64,000 bases of DNA, from NCBI GenBank assembly GCA_965223425.1, contig OZ245003.1, positions 384,001-448,000 of the forward strand. The letters are read 5' to 3'. Positions 1 to 10,460 of the stretch are shown here, one piece after another. The position numbers and the translations under genes were made by a program. The notes under the pieces were generated by a model that saw only the letters and a list, made by a program, of their open reading frames with translations, was not told the DNA's origin and searched no databases. Each line of letters starts with the position of its first letter. Within the stretch, counting starts at the first letter, position 1. The DNA comes from Nitrosopumilus sp. Lineage in GTDB: Archaea > Thermoproteota > Nitrososphaeria > Nitrososphaerales > Nitrosopumilaceae.

Positions 1-242
1 AACATGTACTTGGTTTGTATGGCATGCCAAGAAGAATTTTCGATTATCCGCCAATTCCAGAATGGATTGCTATGAACCAAATTGCATCTGTTGGTGCAAT
101 GATTATTGGTGTCAGCATGGCAATCTTTTTGGCAAACATGATTCACAGCTCAGGAAAAGGAAAGCTTGCAAACACCGAAGATCCATTTGGTTTGGGTGGC
201 AAGTATTACTATCCATTTGAGGCAAAGAACCCACATCACTAG
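1..242 (+). CDS. coxA: Heme-copper terminal oxidase subunit I, C-terminal part (runs off the window start)
   Basis: QHVLGLYGMPRRIFDY motif typical of the COX1 C-terminal region; followed by blue-copper and CtaA-like genes. Confidence 0.9.
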   Translation, partial: HVLGLYGMPRRIFDYPPIPEWIAMNQIASVGAMIIGVSMAIFLANMIHSSGKGKLANTEDPFGLGGKYYYPFEAKNPHH

Positions 243-254
243 GAGATAAATGAA

Positions 255-1238
255 ATGAGTAACGAGACAGAACATCCAGTATACAGAACGACTGCCGGTA
301 GAACCGCAAAAATGATGGCCATAATGTTGGGCATTTGCATTGTTGGTGGCGTGATTTTCTTTGCAATGTGGGACTATTGGATTTCACAACCAGCTCCAGT
401 TGTGGCAATGATGGCAGGAGAGTCAGCTTCTGCAGCCCCTGCGGCACAAACCGGGGAAACAATAACTGTAGATCTTTCTTTTGTTGAATCAGATGATTTG
501 AGGACTCTGGCATTTAACGCATTACCTGGAGAGTCTGGCAGCAATCCAACCATTAACATGAATGTTGGTGATAAAGTAATGTTTAACGTAGTCAATGATG
601 GAATATCACTCCACTCTTTTGGTGTTACAAAGAATACTGAAGGCTTTGCCGGAATAATTCCAGGCAGTGAAGTTGGTACCGTATCAAATACATTAAAACC
701 AGGCGAAGGTGGTTCCTCTGAATTCATTGCAGGTGAAGAAGGCACCTACTACTACATCTGTACTGTTCCAGGACACAGAGAACAAGGAATGGTTGGAGAA
801 ATCATTGTAGATCCTGCACAAGATGGCGGGTCTTCTGGCGCAGCAACAACAACAACAGCAGCAGCACCTCCAACAGGCGTATCGCATGACTTTATTTTGG
901 ACTTTGTAGAGTCTGATGATTTCAGAACTTTGGCATTTAACGCACTACCAGGCGAAGACGGTAGTAATCCAGAAATCCGTGTGAACTCTGGTGACGAGGT
1001 AACAATAACTACCACTAATCTGGGAGTATCATTTCACTCATTCGGAGTTGTTACAAATCCTGAAGACTTTAACAGCATAGTGATGGATTCTGCAATAGGC
1101 TCAATGTCAAATGCATTAAAGCCTGATGAAAGTGAAAGTGTTACATTTACTGCCGGCGCACCGGGCACTTACTACTACATCTGCACTATTCCAGGACATG
1201 CGCTACAAGGTATGCAAGGTAGCTTTATTGTAGAATAA
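255..1238 (+). CDS. Membrane-anchored two-domain blue (type 1) copper protein
   Basis: N-terminal TM helix; two repeated cupredoxin domains, each with H...YYYICT(V/I)PGH...GM copper ligands. Confidence 0.9.
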   Translation: MSNETEHPVYRTTAGRTAKMMAIMLGICIVGGVIFFAMWDYWISQPAPVVAMMAGESASAAPAAQTGETITVDLSFVESDDLRTLAFNALPGESGSNPTINMNVGDKVMFNVVNDGISLHSFGVTKNTEGFAGIIPGSEVGTVSNTLKPGEGGSSEFIAGEEGTYYYICTVPGHREQGMVGEIIVDPAQDGGSSGAATTTTAAAPPTGVSHDFILDFVESDDFRTLAFNALPGEDGSNPEIRVNSGDEVTITTTNLGVSFHSFGVVTNPEDFNSIVMDSAIGSMSNALKPDESESVTFTAGAPGTYYYICTIPGHALQGMQGSFIVE

Positions 1239-1240
1239 TT

Positions 1241-1684
1241 TTGGCAATCCAGTATCTTGCATTAGCAACAATGATTGTTTTGTACTCCCTAATGTTTATT
1301 GGAGGGTATATTTCAGCAGCTGGACTTGGCTTGACTTGCCCTGAATGGCCTTTGTGTCCAAATGGGGTGCTGCCTTCTGAGGAGTATCTTATCGAATGGA
1401 TTCATAGATTGGTTGCAGCCACTACTGGAGGATTGGTAATTGCAACCATGGTAGCTGCCCTCATCAACAAGAACTCTGATTTGAAGATCAAGGTGACAAG
1501 CTCACTTGCAACTGTGTTTGTTATTACCCAAATCACACTTGGTGCTTTAGTGATTGATCTGAAGCTGCATGCAGTTTTAGTTGCCATTCATTTGGGAATT
1601 GGAATTTTACTGTTCTCAATGGTATTGCTGACTACCTTGTTTGCATTTAGGATATCTAGAATCCCGATAGAGTCTAAGGTCTAG
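1241..1684 (+). CDS. ctaA: Short COX15/CtaA-family heme A synthase
   Basis: GLTCPEWPLC, EWIHR and HL motifs; 4 TM helices; oxidase cluster context. Confidence 0.8.
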   Translation: MAIQYLALATMIVLYSLMFIGGYISAAGLGLTCPEWPLCPNGVLPSEEYLIEWIHRLVAATTGGLVIATMVAALINKNSDLKIKVTSSLATVFVITQITLGALVIDLKLHAVLVAIHLGIGILLFSMVLLTTLFAFRISRIPIESKV

Positions 1685-2195
1685 ATTTTCTAAAAATTCT
1701 TGGCAGAAAAATATATCCCATGGTTCCTGCAAAACACAATGCTCCTACAGTTATTGCCATAATGAAGATATATCCGAATGGACTTTGCGTTCCCATGTTA
1801 AACTTGTATGTAATTGCTTCTGAATTGTCTCCGACATCATACAAATAAATCTCTACAATGTGGTTTCCTTGGTTTTTCCACACATAGTCAAAATCCCAAT
1901 GAGCACCATCAATTGATGTGGGCGGAACCGCATCTATTTGCTGATTATTAAAGAAAAATTTTATCCCCATTGTGAATTGCTTGACTTCCTCAAAATCCGC
2001 ATCAGTAACTCTGATCAAAAATTGTGATGGCTCATCAATCTGTGGAAATTCCGGTGCAGTGGCTACTTGAACTCTGTAACCCCCTTCAAATTTTTCAGCA
2101 GAATTAAACATTGAATGAGCATAAGCATAATCAAAAATTGAAACAGAAGAAAGCAGCAAAATAAAGATCAAAAAAAATGATCGCTTTTCAGTCAT
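1674..2195 (-). CDS. Hypothetical exported protein with C-terminal membrane anchor
   Basis: Signal peptide ending AYAHS, beta-rich core, C-terminal TM helix. Confidence 0.7.
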   Translation of the reverse strand: MTEKRSFFLIFILLLSSVSIFDYAYAHSMFNSAEKFEGGYRVQVATAPEFPQIDEPSQFLIRVTDADFEEVKQFTMGIKFFFNNQQIDAVPPTSIDGAHWDFDYVWKNQGNHIVEIYLYDVGDNSEAITYKFNMGTQSPFGYIFIMAITVGALCFAGTMGYIFLPRIFRKSRP

Positions 2196-2290
2196 TTAGA
2201 ATATTATCAAGATAGACAATATATTGTAAATCAATTTCCTTACAAAAATCTTCAAAACCTTTAAATCCTAATTGACGAGAAACCCAATCG

Positions 2291-2893
2291 TTGACTTTTG
2301 TTACTAAATCAATAGATGTCAAAACACCCGTAGAGAATGTATTTACCTACTTTGCAAGACCAGAACATGTTTCTGACCAAATCAAATCTGATGCAGTAGG
2401 CATGACAGTCGTTCCTATGGATATCAAAGAAGGAATGGGCGTAGGTACAACCTTTAGAGTCATTGGTGACTTTAGTGGTAAACGCCTTGAATGGGATTGT
2501 GAGACAACTGAATTTGTTAGAAATGAAAAGATTTCTGCAAAGCAAATTGAAGGTCCGTTCAAGAAATGGCAAATTACTAATGAATTCAAAGCGTTAGGTG
2601 ATAATCTTACTAGGGTAACCATGTCAGTCGATTATGAGATGCCATTTGGTCCCCTTGGAGCAATTATGGATAAAGCAAAATTTGCAAAATCTGCTGAAAA
2701 AGGTATGGAAACAGCCCTTTACAATGTTAGGGGCTTGCTTGAAGGAAACGGTTCAATTCCTGTATACATCACACTAGACGCATATCAAAAGCTTCTCGCC
2801 GAAAAGAAAAAAATGAACGATGTTCCAGTTTCAACTGCACTTACAGCAATTATTGAAAAGTACAATGAAATTGAAGCAAAAGCACAAAACTAA
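2291..2893 (+). CDS. SRPBCC/START-like (polyketide cyclase) domain protein
   Basis: SIDVKTPVENVF...EGPFKKW...TRVTMSVDYEMPFGPLG pattern. Confidence 0.8.
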   Translation: MTFVTKSIDVKTPVENVFTYFARPEHVSDQIKSDAVGMTVVPMDIKEGMGVGTTFRVIGDFSGKRLEWDCETTEFVRNEKISAKQIEGPFKKWQITNEFKALGDNLTRVTMSVDYEMPFGPLGAIMDKAKFAKSAEKGMETALYNVRGLLEGNGSIPVYITLDAYQKLLAEKKKMNDVPVSTALTAIIEKYNEIEAKAQN

Positions 2894-2952
2894 ATTTTAA
2901 TTTATTTTACAATCTCAAGATTAATAACAACTCTAGGCTTATCAATTTCGGT

Positions 2953-3027
2953 GGGTCTATGGCGCAGCCAGGCTAGCGCACCGGACTCTTAATCCGGTTG
3001 TCGAGGGTTCGAATCCCTTTAGACCCG
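2953..3027 (+). tRNA. tRNA-Lys(CTT)
   Basis: GGGTCTA/TAGACCC acceptor stem; anticodon arm CCGGA-CTCTTAA-TCCGG; GTTCGAATC T-loop. Confidence 0.95.
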
Positions 3028-3044
3028 CTATTTTTCTAGCATGA

Positions 3045-4505
3045 TTACTGGATTATTTCATTAACTTGTTTTTCTAACTCATCAATTGATGAATTGATTT
3101 TATTTTCTCTTTTAGTTATGACTGCCCTATAGTCATTAATTTTTTGAATTCTATTAGAAATCATTCGTTTCTGCTCATCATAGCCAGAAGAGCCATACGA
3201 TTTTCGCTCCTTTAGGGAGGAAACAACGGTGGTAGATGAGATAATTTTTGAAATGATTTTTGGATCAACCTTGGTACCGATTACAGATTTTTTTACTTCC
3301 GTCATGGTTAGTTTTGAAATAGGTTTTTTTGATTGGTGTGCCAATTGAACCAAAACACCTGCAATTTTATGCGTCATCCTAAATGGTATTCCTTCCTGAA
3401 CCAATTTTTCAGCTATGTCAAGTGCAATAAGATTGCTTGACTCTGTAACCTTTTTCATCTGTTTTTCGTTTACTTTCAAAGTAAGCAGCGTTGATTTTAA
3501 AATCAATAACGCACTAACAGATATTTTCGATGTGGACCAAATAGAGGATTTTATTTGTTGCAAGTCGCGTCCGTATCCAGTAGCCAAACCCTTGATGGTT
3601 GTCAGAATGGCAGTTAGGTTTCCAATGACTTCGGCAGTCTTACCCCTCGTTAGTTCCAAGATATCTGGATTCTTCTTTTGAGGCATTACACTTGATGGAG
3701 ACGTAAATTCATCAGCAAGCTCGATAAAAGAAAATTCAGATGTAGACCAGAGAACAAAATCTTCAGATATCCTGCTTAGATTAGTCATCAAAATAGAGAT
3801 CATTGCCACGTATTCTGCTACAAAATCACGCGTACTTGTTGCATCTATAGAGTTCTCAACTAGATCATCAAAACCCAACATCCCTGCAGTGCTGTGTCTG
3901 TCAATCGGAATACTTGTTCCGCCAACAGGTCCGGCACCAAGCGGACTCTGGTTTACTCGCTCAAACGTTCCATAAAGCCGTTGAAAATCTCGAAACAAAA
4001 CATCTGCATGAGCTAAAAGATAGTGAGAAAACAAACCAGCCTGAGCTTGCTGAAGATGTGTGTATAGCGGCATGATTGTTTTTTGATGATTTTTGGCCAC
4101 AGAAACAAGGGACTCTATGGTATCTAGAAGGCAATTACAAATAGTATTGATGTCGTCTCTGATTTTCATTCGAATATCTAAAGCAACTTGATCATTTCGT
4201 GACCTTGCAGTATGCATCTTTCCCCCACTTGCCATGCCGGCCTTCTTAATGACCAGTGATTCAATTAACTCATGGATGTCCTCGGCCCCGGATGATGTGG
4301 TAAATTTTTGTTTTTCCAAATTCTTTAAGGCAGACAATATCTTTTTTGCATCATTTTTTTTTATGATGTCATTTTGATATAACATCAAAGTGTGAGCTTG
4401 GCTTCCAATAATGTCATAAAGTGCAATTTCAGAATCATCATCTATTGATGACACGTAATCCAAAGTAATATCACTCAAATCATTACCAAGACGTGAACGA
4501 TACAT
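3045..4505 (-). CDS. argH: Argininosuccinate lyase
   Basis: HTARSRNDQ, YTHLQQAQ and SSVMPQKKNPD signatures. Confidence 0.95.
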   Translation of the reverse strand: MYRSRLGNDLSDITLDYVSSIDDDSEIALYDIIGSQAHTLMLYQNDIIKKNDAKKILSALKNLEKQKFTTSSGAEDIHELIESLVIKKAGMASGGKMHTARSRNDQVALDIRMKIRDDINTICNCLLDTIESLVSVAKNHQKTIMPLYTHLQQAQAGLFSHYLLAHADVLFRDFQRLYGTFERVNQSPLGAGPVGGTSIPIDRHSTAGMLGFDDLVENSIDATSTRDFVAEYVAMISILMTNLSRISEDFVLWSTSEFSFIELADEFTSPSSVMPQKKNPDILELTRGKTAEVIGNLTAILTTIKGLATGYGRDLQQIKSSIWSTSKISVSALLILKSTLLTLKVNEKQMKKVTESSNLIALDIAEKLVQEGIPFRMTHKIAGVLVQLAHQSKKPISKLTMTEVKKSVIGTKVDPKIISKIISSTTVVSSLKERKSYGSSGYDEQKRMISNRIQKINDYRAVITKRENKINSSIDELEKQVNEIIQ

Positions 4506-4554
4506 TACCTAAGGTTCTAGAATGGTTATATATAGCATCGACGCTTTTGCCGAC

Positions 4555-4878
4555 ATGAGTCAGGATATCAAACAGCTCAGAGTGAAAATCTTCGACGAGT
4601 TATCAAAGATTGTAGATCCGGAGATCAACACGTCAATTGTTGAACTAGAACTGATTGACGAGGTTGACATCAACAATAATGACGTCAAAGTTGATTTGCA
4701 TCTTACAAGCCCTTTCTGTCCAGCAGTTTTTGGATTCAAGATTTGCCAAGATGTCCACGATAATCTTCTGAAGGTAGACGGGGTAAATGATGTGAAAGTG
4801 AATGTTTCAAACCACTTTATGGCTGAGCAGATTAACAATCAGGTGAATAATAGCCCAAATCCAAAAAAACTTGGTTAG
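4555..4878 (+). CDS. DUF59/MIP18-family Fe-S cluster assembly protein
   Basis: DPEI...SIVELELI...LTSPFCP motif; start placed at MSQD. Confidence 0.85.
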   Translation: MSQDIKQLRVKIFDELSKIVDPEINTSIVELELIDEVDINNNDVKVDLHLTSPFCPAVFGFKICQDVHDNLLKVDGVNDVKVNVSNHFMAEQINNQVNNSPNPKKLG

Positions 4879-5642
4879 CTTCTAAAGCCTAGCAAATAGC
4901 CCCTGAGCAACTGAATTCCCATTGCTGGATCAACGCCTTTTGGACATACCTGGCTGCAAGAACCGGCAAAATGGCATCTCCATATGCCGTGGGATTCGTC
5001 AATTATTTTGAGTCTGGAATCCTTCCCTTTGTCTCTACTGTCTGCAACATATCGGTATGCCTGAGCCAAGGCCTGTGGTCCGACAAATGAAGAGTCCGTT
5101 GCCATTGTGGGACATGCAGAATTACACAAGCCACATTTGATGCAGTTGGAGAACTGGATGTATTGTTCTAGCTCTTCAGGGGATTGTAAGAATTCTTTTT
5201 CATCAGATTCTAACTCAGTATCGTCTCTGATTAGGTATGGCTTGATCTTATTATGGGTGTCAAACAATCGTTCAAACTTTACTGCCAAATCACGAATAAT
5301 TGGAAAGTTGTTCATTGGTTCAACTGTGACGACATTAGAGTTTAGATCACTAATTTTTGTAAAACATGCAAGTCTTGGCCTTCCATTTATTATCATTCCA
5401 CATGAACCACATGTGGCCTGTCTGCAAGAATAGCGAACTGCCACCGAATGATCAAAGTGTTTTTTGACTTCAAGGATTGCCTCAAGAACTGTTGTCCATT
5501 TCTCGTATGGGACATTGAACTCCATGAATCCGCTTGCATCATCGTGTTCTGGGTTGTATCTTGAAATCCGAAGTGTAATTGACTTTGAAGATGACAACGG
5601 TGTTGATGTTTGTTCGTCTGCAATACTGGATACTTGAGCCAT
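4875..5642 (-). CDS. sdhB: Succinate dehydrogenase iron-sulfur subunit
   Basis: SCRQATCGSC, CIKCGLCNSACP and CHFAGSCSQVCP Fe-S motifs. Confidence 0.95.
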   Translation of the reverse strand: MAQVSSIADEQTSTPLSSSKSITLRISRYNPEHDDASGFMEFNVPYEKWTTVLEAILEVKKHFDHSVAVRYSCRQATCGSCGMIINGRPRLACFTKISDLNSNVVTVEPMNNFPIIRDLAVKFERLFDTHNKIKPYLIRDDTELESDEKEFLQSPEELEQYIQFSNCIKCGLCNSACPTMATDSSFVGPQALAQAYRYVADSRDKGKDSRLKIIDESHGIWRCHFAGSCSQVCPKGVDPAMGIQLLRGYLLGFRS

Positions 5643-5644
5643 TT

Positions 5645-5989
5645 CTATACCATCCCCATGTTAGTCATAATAATTGTTCTTGAACCGTATGCTATTAAAC
5701 CAACCATTGCAGCGACACAGCCATAAGAAACAGCCTTTTCGTAAGTTCTTCCTTGTTTTAGTTCCAATAAGATAACTCTTAACCCATTAAATCCGTGAAT
5801 TGAAAGCAAGATTAGTATCAATTCCAGCATTGCAGCATACGGGATGAATTTGTAGTTGGCAAGCACTGTTTCATACTCTAAAGATTCTGCAAAACTAGTC
5901 GTAAGACGCATCAAAACATGCACGGCCACTAGGGCTACGGCAGCAATTGCCGTTCCATAGTGAATTTTCATTATTGTACTTTCTCTCAT
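5645..5989 (-). CDS. sdhD: Succinate dehydrogenase membrane anchor subunit
   Basis: 3 TM helices, HGFNGLRVILLE; operon position. Confidence 0.85.
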   Translation of the reverse strand: MRESTIMKIHYGTAIAAVALVAVHVLMRLTTSFAESLEYETVLANYKFIPYAAMLELILILLSIHGFNGLRVILLELKQGRTYEKAVSYGCVAAMVGLIAYGSRTIIMTNMGMV

Positions 5990-5990
5990 T

Positions 5991-6422
5991 TTATTCACCA
6001 AACATTACTGCCAGACCATACATCATTGCAACTGCTGCAAGAACGATTGCAGAGTAAATCCCAATCTTGTGCCTGTAATTTTGCGATGCCGGTTCATATG
6101 GATAATCGGGTCTGGCAGGCTTGCCTACGCCAATTCCCCCGTGTCCCAACATCACTCTAATCCCATTAACAGTATGAAACACACACATTCCAATTACAAT
6201 TGCCAAAACTGCATGACCTTCTGTGGTTTGTGTCATTTCCATCATCTCGTTCCAGCCAACCTGACCGCGAAGAATATTACTTGTCTCATAAATGTGAGCC
6301 ACAAAATATGCCAACAGCCCCAGCCCACTTAACCGCATTAGCCAATAGGCAACCCTTTCAATCCCATAACGACCAGGGTTGGCCATTCCTCCAATGCCTT
6401 CTTTATGTTCGTCTCGGGTCAA
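5991..6422 (-). CDS. sdhC: Succinate dehydrogenase cytochrome b subunit
   Basis: LMRLSGLGL and FHTVNGIRV motifs; operon position. Confidence 0.85.
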   Translation of the reverse strand: MTRDEHKEGIGGMANPGRYGIERVAYWLMRLSGLGLLAYFVAHIYETSNILRGQVGWNEMMEMTQTTEGHAVLAIVIGMCVFHTVNGIRVMLGHGGIGVGKPARPDYPYEPASQNYRHKIGIYSAIVLAAVAMMYGLAVMFGE

Positions 6423-8135
6423 CTAGTACTTTCTCTCCACTGGCTGGTATTTGGTAATTGTTACCGGATGTGTTTTCATTATTGGTTCGTTTGGATCATA
6501 ATATGCAAGTGTATGGTGTAAAAAGTTTGCATCATCACGTTTAGGGTAATCAGTTCTTGCATGGGCACCGCGGGATTCTTTTCTATTGATTGCTCCAAGT
6601 AGTACGATCTCTGCCACTCTGAACATGGAATCAAGTTCCATGACATTTGAAAAATTGGTGTTGTATTCTTTTGCTCTGTCATCAACATGCTTCCAAGCCT
6701 GTTTTTTTAGATCACGAATTTTTTTGAGGCCTGCAACAAGATCAGTTTCATTTCTGTAAACATATGCTTTTTCGTTCATAGTGTCAGTAAGTTGCTGTCT
6801 GATTTCATATGGGTTTGCATCACCATTTCCCCTAAAGATACCATCATAGATTCTCTTTTCTTCTGCTGCAACCAAATGATGGGGCCAAGGATCGGATTGA
6901 GTGTTATTCTCTATGTATTCTGCGGCCAACCCGCCGGTAATCTTGCCCCAAACTATGCATTCTGAGGTAGAATTTGCGCCTAGACGATTAGAGCCGTGGA
7001 CACTGTTACATGCAGCTTCACCTGCAGCCCAAACCCCTTGAATTTCTGTAGCGCCCTGAATGTCGGCATGTAGTCCCCCCATCATATAATGGCAAACAGG
7101 TCTGATGTCAAGCAATTCTTCGGCAGGATCAATTCCAGAGAATTTAATAGATATTTCTCTAATGCCGCCTAGTTTTTCCCTAATTTTTTCATCACCAATA
7201 TGTCGTAAATCAAGTTTCATACAGTCAACTCCCGTTTCATGCTTGAATCCACTGCCTTCCTGAATTTCTGTCATTATTGATCTTGATACAATATCGCGTG
7301 GAGCTAGCTCCATTTTACTTGCAGCATATTTTTTCATAAACCGTTCACCCTTGTTGTTTAGCAGATAACCGCCTTCCCCTCTTGCGCCTTCTGTAATCAA
7401 AATTCCAGATGGTAAAATTCCTGTCGGATGAAACTGTACAAACTCCATATCTTTTAGTGCCATGCCAGCCCGCAATCCCATGTCTAAACCATCAGGAGTT
7501 GATGATAGCGCATAAGTTGAAAAACTATACAACCTTCCAGCTCCGCCGGTTGCAATAATGAGAGCCCTTCCTTTGATTGTGTAAAACGTACCAGAGGACA
7601 GTTCTATGGCAGTAAGACCCATGAACCGCTTCCCATCGTGAATGATTGATGTTGCAAACCATTCGTTAAGATATTCAATGTTTTCAAACTTCTGACATGT
7701 ATCATACAAGGTCTGCATTTCAAAGAAACCAACCTTATCAGATGCATATGTTGCTCTTGGAAAACTGTAACCGCCAAAGTTTCGCTGATCAACTCTGCCA
7801 TCATCTCTTCTAGACCATGGCATTCCCCAATGATCTAGCTGATGTATTTCCTTTGGTATTTCTACACAAAGTTTTTCAGCCACATCTTGATCTGCAAGAA
7901 AATCGCTCCCCTTAACGGTATCATAAATATGAGACTCGATTGTGTCCCCCTCGTCTTCAAAAAGAGCAGCGGCAGTTCCTCCTTCTGCAGATACAGAATG
8001 AGAACGCATAACTTGCAATTTTGAAACAATTCCGATTTTGAGGTTAGGTCCCTTTTTTGTAGCGGCTATTGCAGCCCTCAAACCAGCTAAACCAGAACCG
8101 CAAATTATCAAATCAAAGTCTATGGAATCGACCAT
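6423..8135 (-). CDS. sdhA: Succinate dehydrogenase flavoprotein subunit
   Basis: [16 protein letters not shown] (FAD His), [27 protein letters not shown]. Confidence 0.97.
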   Translation of the reverse strand: MVDSIDFDLIICGSGLAGLRAAIAATKKGPNLKIGIVSKLQVMRSHSVSAEGGTAAALFEDEGDTIESHIYDTVKGSDFLADQDVAEKLCVEIPKEIHQLDHWGMPWSRRDDGRVDQRNFGGYSFPRATYASDKVGFFEMQTLYDTCQKFENIEYLNEWFATSIIHDGKRFMGLTAIELSSGTFYTIKGRALIIATGGAGRLYSFSTYALSSTPDGLDMGLRAGMALKDMEFVQFHPTGILPSGILITEGARGEGGYLLNNKGERFMKKYAASKMELAPRDIVSRSIMTEIQEGSGFKHETGVDCMKLDLRHIGDEKIREKLGGIREISIKFSGIDPAEELLDIRPVCHYMMGGLHADIQGATEIQGVWAAGEAACNSVHGSNRLGANSTSECIVWGKITGGLAAEYIENNTQSDPWPHHLVAAEEKRIYDGIFRGNGDANPYEIRQQLTDTMNEKAYVYRNETDLVAGLKKIRDLKKQAWKHVDDRAKEYNTNFSNVMELDSMFRVAEIVLLGAINRKESRGAHARTDYPKRDDANFLHHTLAYYDPNEPIMKTHPVTITKYQPVERKY

Positions 8136-8257
8136 TTTTCAGACAAACTTGCTTTGAGCGGGTTAAATATGTAGTAATTGACAGGCATGATTCAAGTTCT
8201 GCTACATACTCGACTGATATCTTCTTGTGTTGCAGATCGAGTAATGAAATTAAATTA

Positions 8258-8390
8258 TTATTTTCTAGGTTTGTTCCAGTAAGGATCTCGCATTTTGGAC
8301 AGATTGTAGGAACTCTTCGATCTCTGTTCTTGGAATCCATTTGTGGTCAGATCTTTCACAGACATTCTGCCCATCATGATCTCCCGTGCA
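8258..8390 (-). pseudogene. Frameshifted small zinc-ribbon gene
   Basis: Consecutive pieces CERSDHKWIPR / PTICPKC / PYWNKPRK* lie in three different reading frames. Confidence 0.55.
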
Positions 8391-8588
8391 TTCTTCACGT
8401 AAGCACATGTCATAAATCCGTAGGGCCAAAACTGCATGAAAAACGCCCAATCACCTGAACTGTAGCATGCCTGAAAATCACTCAAACAAGTAGCAGAACT
8501 ATGTTCCAAGTTCTGCTAACTATTCGGCTGATTTCTTTTCATACTACAGATCGGCTGATAATGTGTAAAAACAGAAGTTGAGTACCTA

Positions 8589-8816
8589 TCAAAAAGTAGG
8601 TACAGAAAGAGTATGTTTTTGTGTATAGACGTTATAGTAACCTAAACTTGTATCACTATTGTAATTTTGATTACTAATAGAAATACAATAATTTTGAAAT
8701 TCATTTGAATCTCCTCCTTTCATTATTAATTGACTGGTCTTTCCAGCTAAATCTATCCATTTAGGAATTATTGGACTCCTTATGTTTTCACCATCCATTG
8801 TTTGTCTTGGAGTCAT
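8589..8816 (-). CDS. Hypothetical protein or gene remnant in accessory island
   Basis: 75-aa ORF with no recognisable motif; frame appears to extend upstream across a shift. Confidence 0.3.
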   Translation of the reverse strand: MTPRQTMDGENIRSPIIPKWIDLAGKTSQLIMKGGDSNEFQNYCISISNQNYNSDTSLGYYNVYTQKHTLSVPTF

Positions 8817-9003
8817 TACATCTATAATGTCCCTTTTGATATATTATTGCTTGCCTTTTTGATTGCTGACTCTATCAAACCTTTTATAAAATAAAAACCA
8901 AATAACGCCAATGACTGTAAAACAGCCAAAAAAAGTAGATTCTTACAATAAAGAAAATCCTGCATATAATAAAACCAGTGCTAAAAAATCAAACAAATAA
9001 CAT

Positions 9004-9360
9004 AACTCTGTCAAGTTATCTTGTTGCTTTTCTAGTATCTAATTCTATCAAACCTTTGATTTTATTTTTTTCTAAATCCATCTTGATTCCAGCTTGTTCT
9101 GCGGGGGTCTTACCCAAGCTTGAATGTTCTCTTACAAAGTTGTAATGAATCCTCATGGCTTCAATTAATTTCTGTGAAGATTCTCTAGTGTTCATACTAC
9201 GCATTACTTTTTCTCTGTCTCTCATAGTTCTGTTAAGGTGTTCTACCCTAGAGTTTAATCTCTCGTTTCTTACTGATATACTTCGAATATTTTTTACTCT
9301 AGGATTTTTCATTGCATGAAATTCCTTTTGAAATGCCTTGTCATAAGAGAAAAGCCCATT
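9004..9360 (-). mobile_element. Truncated IS6-like DDE transposase (C-terminal fragment) with degenerate terminal inverted repeat
   Basis: NGLFSYDKAF...NSRVEHLNRTMRDREKVMR...IHYNFVREHSSLGKTPAEQAGI; AACTCTGTCAAGTT at 9004-9017 resembles IS6 GGY(A/T)CTGT ends; N-terminus missing. Confidence 0.75.
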
Positions 9361-9467
9361 CTTCCAAGCACATTAGTCATTGATAGTTCTTTTCCGTTCA
9401 AACCAAATGAGCAATTAACGATTAAAATTAACAAAAATACACTAGTGATTTCTAAACCCTGAAATTT

Positions 9468-10460
9468 TTAGGTTTTCTTTTCTTCGTTTTTTAATTTAGT
9501 GAATTTTCGAATATCTTGATTTTTGCCTAACCATTCTTTTACAAATGTTCTCAATGGATCAGGATTAATACGATGATAAAATACCTCATACGTTTTCTCA
9601 TCAATTTTTTTAGCTCTTTTTAGTTTAACAAGACCATCCATAGCCTTATTGATCCATCTTTTATGTGGAAAACAGGAACTGGGAGAAGACAAGTATGTTT
9701 TACATTCTTCTAAAATTTCATCTACTGTAATTGTTATTTCAATTGTTTTTTTACCGCCTGCTTGTCTATACATTTCAGGTGTAACTTTATTGGAGAAAAT
9801 TTTATCCCATAAGATACTCATAGTATATGGAAGTTCAGGTTCAGAATCATAGAACCACAATGTACTCAATTCTATTACGACATCATCTGCTCGTACTTCA
9901 ATTGGATCTGTACTTATATATTTATCCAAAATTTTATTGGTTAATTGTCCCCATATTTTTCGTAACATAAAAAATGTATGTCTTTCGGAATCACGTACAA
10001 ACTCCACAATAGATAAAGGACGTGTAAAAGTTACTTCATTTTCTTGGATTTTAGATTCGATAAAATTTTTCAAACTTCCACTTATAGATATATGTGTCAG
10101 AAGCATAATGTCATGGTTTTTCACGTCTTTTGTTACCCAATTACTTAATTCATCATCATACTTTTCAATTTGTTTTATATCACGTAACCATCGTTCATGA
10201 TCTCTTGGAAAACTTTTTTTAACTTCACCAACTAGATCTAAATTCTTTCCTTGAACGACAATATCAGGAGTTATGGAATCTTCTGTTTGTATTCTATTTT
10301 GTGCACTAGGTTGCAATCTATGACCAATACGAAATTCAGCTTGATAATGTTGCGTTAGAATTAATCCTAATGCACCAATAACTCCTACTGTTTGTTTGTA
10401 ATTATCGATTTTATCTAATACTTGTTCGATATTAGCTTCCTGACTTGATATATCCTTCAT
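9468..10460 (-). CDS. Putative PD-(D/E)XK nuclease with C-terminal winged-helix-like region (candidate defence effector)
   Basis: TPDIVV...GEVKKS catalytic motif followed by QIEKYD; AT-rich; overlaps the upstream gene (start 10460 or 10493). Confidence 0.65.
   Translation of the reverse strand: MKDISSQEANIEQVLDKIDNYKQTVGVIGALGLILTQHYQAEFRIGHRLQPSAQNRIQTEDSITPDIVVQGKNLDLVGEVKKSFPRDHERWLRDIKQIEKYDDELSNWVTKDVKNHDIMLLTHISISGSLKNFIESKIQENEVTFTRPLSIVEFVRDSERHTFFMLRKIWGQLTNKILDKYISTDPIEVRADDVVIELSTLWFYDSEPELPYTMSILWDKIFSNKVTPEMYRQAGGKKTIEITITVDEILEECKTYLSSPSSCFPHKRWINKAMDGLVKLKRAKKIDEKTYEVFYHRINPDPLRTFVKEWLGKNQDIRKFTKLKNEEKKT

Noticed and set aside
693-887. ORF with a poly-Cys run (CCCCCCCC)
   Set aside because: Antisense shadow of the Thr/Ala linker of the blue-copper gene.
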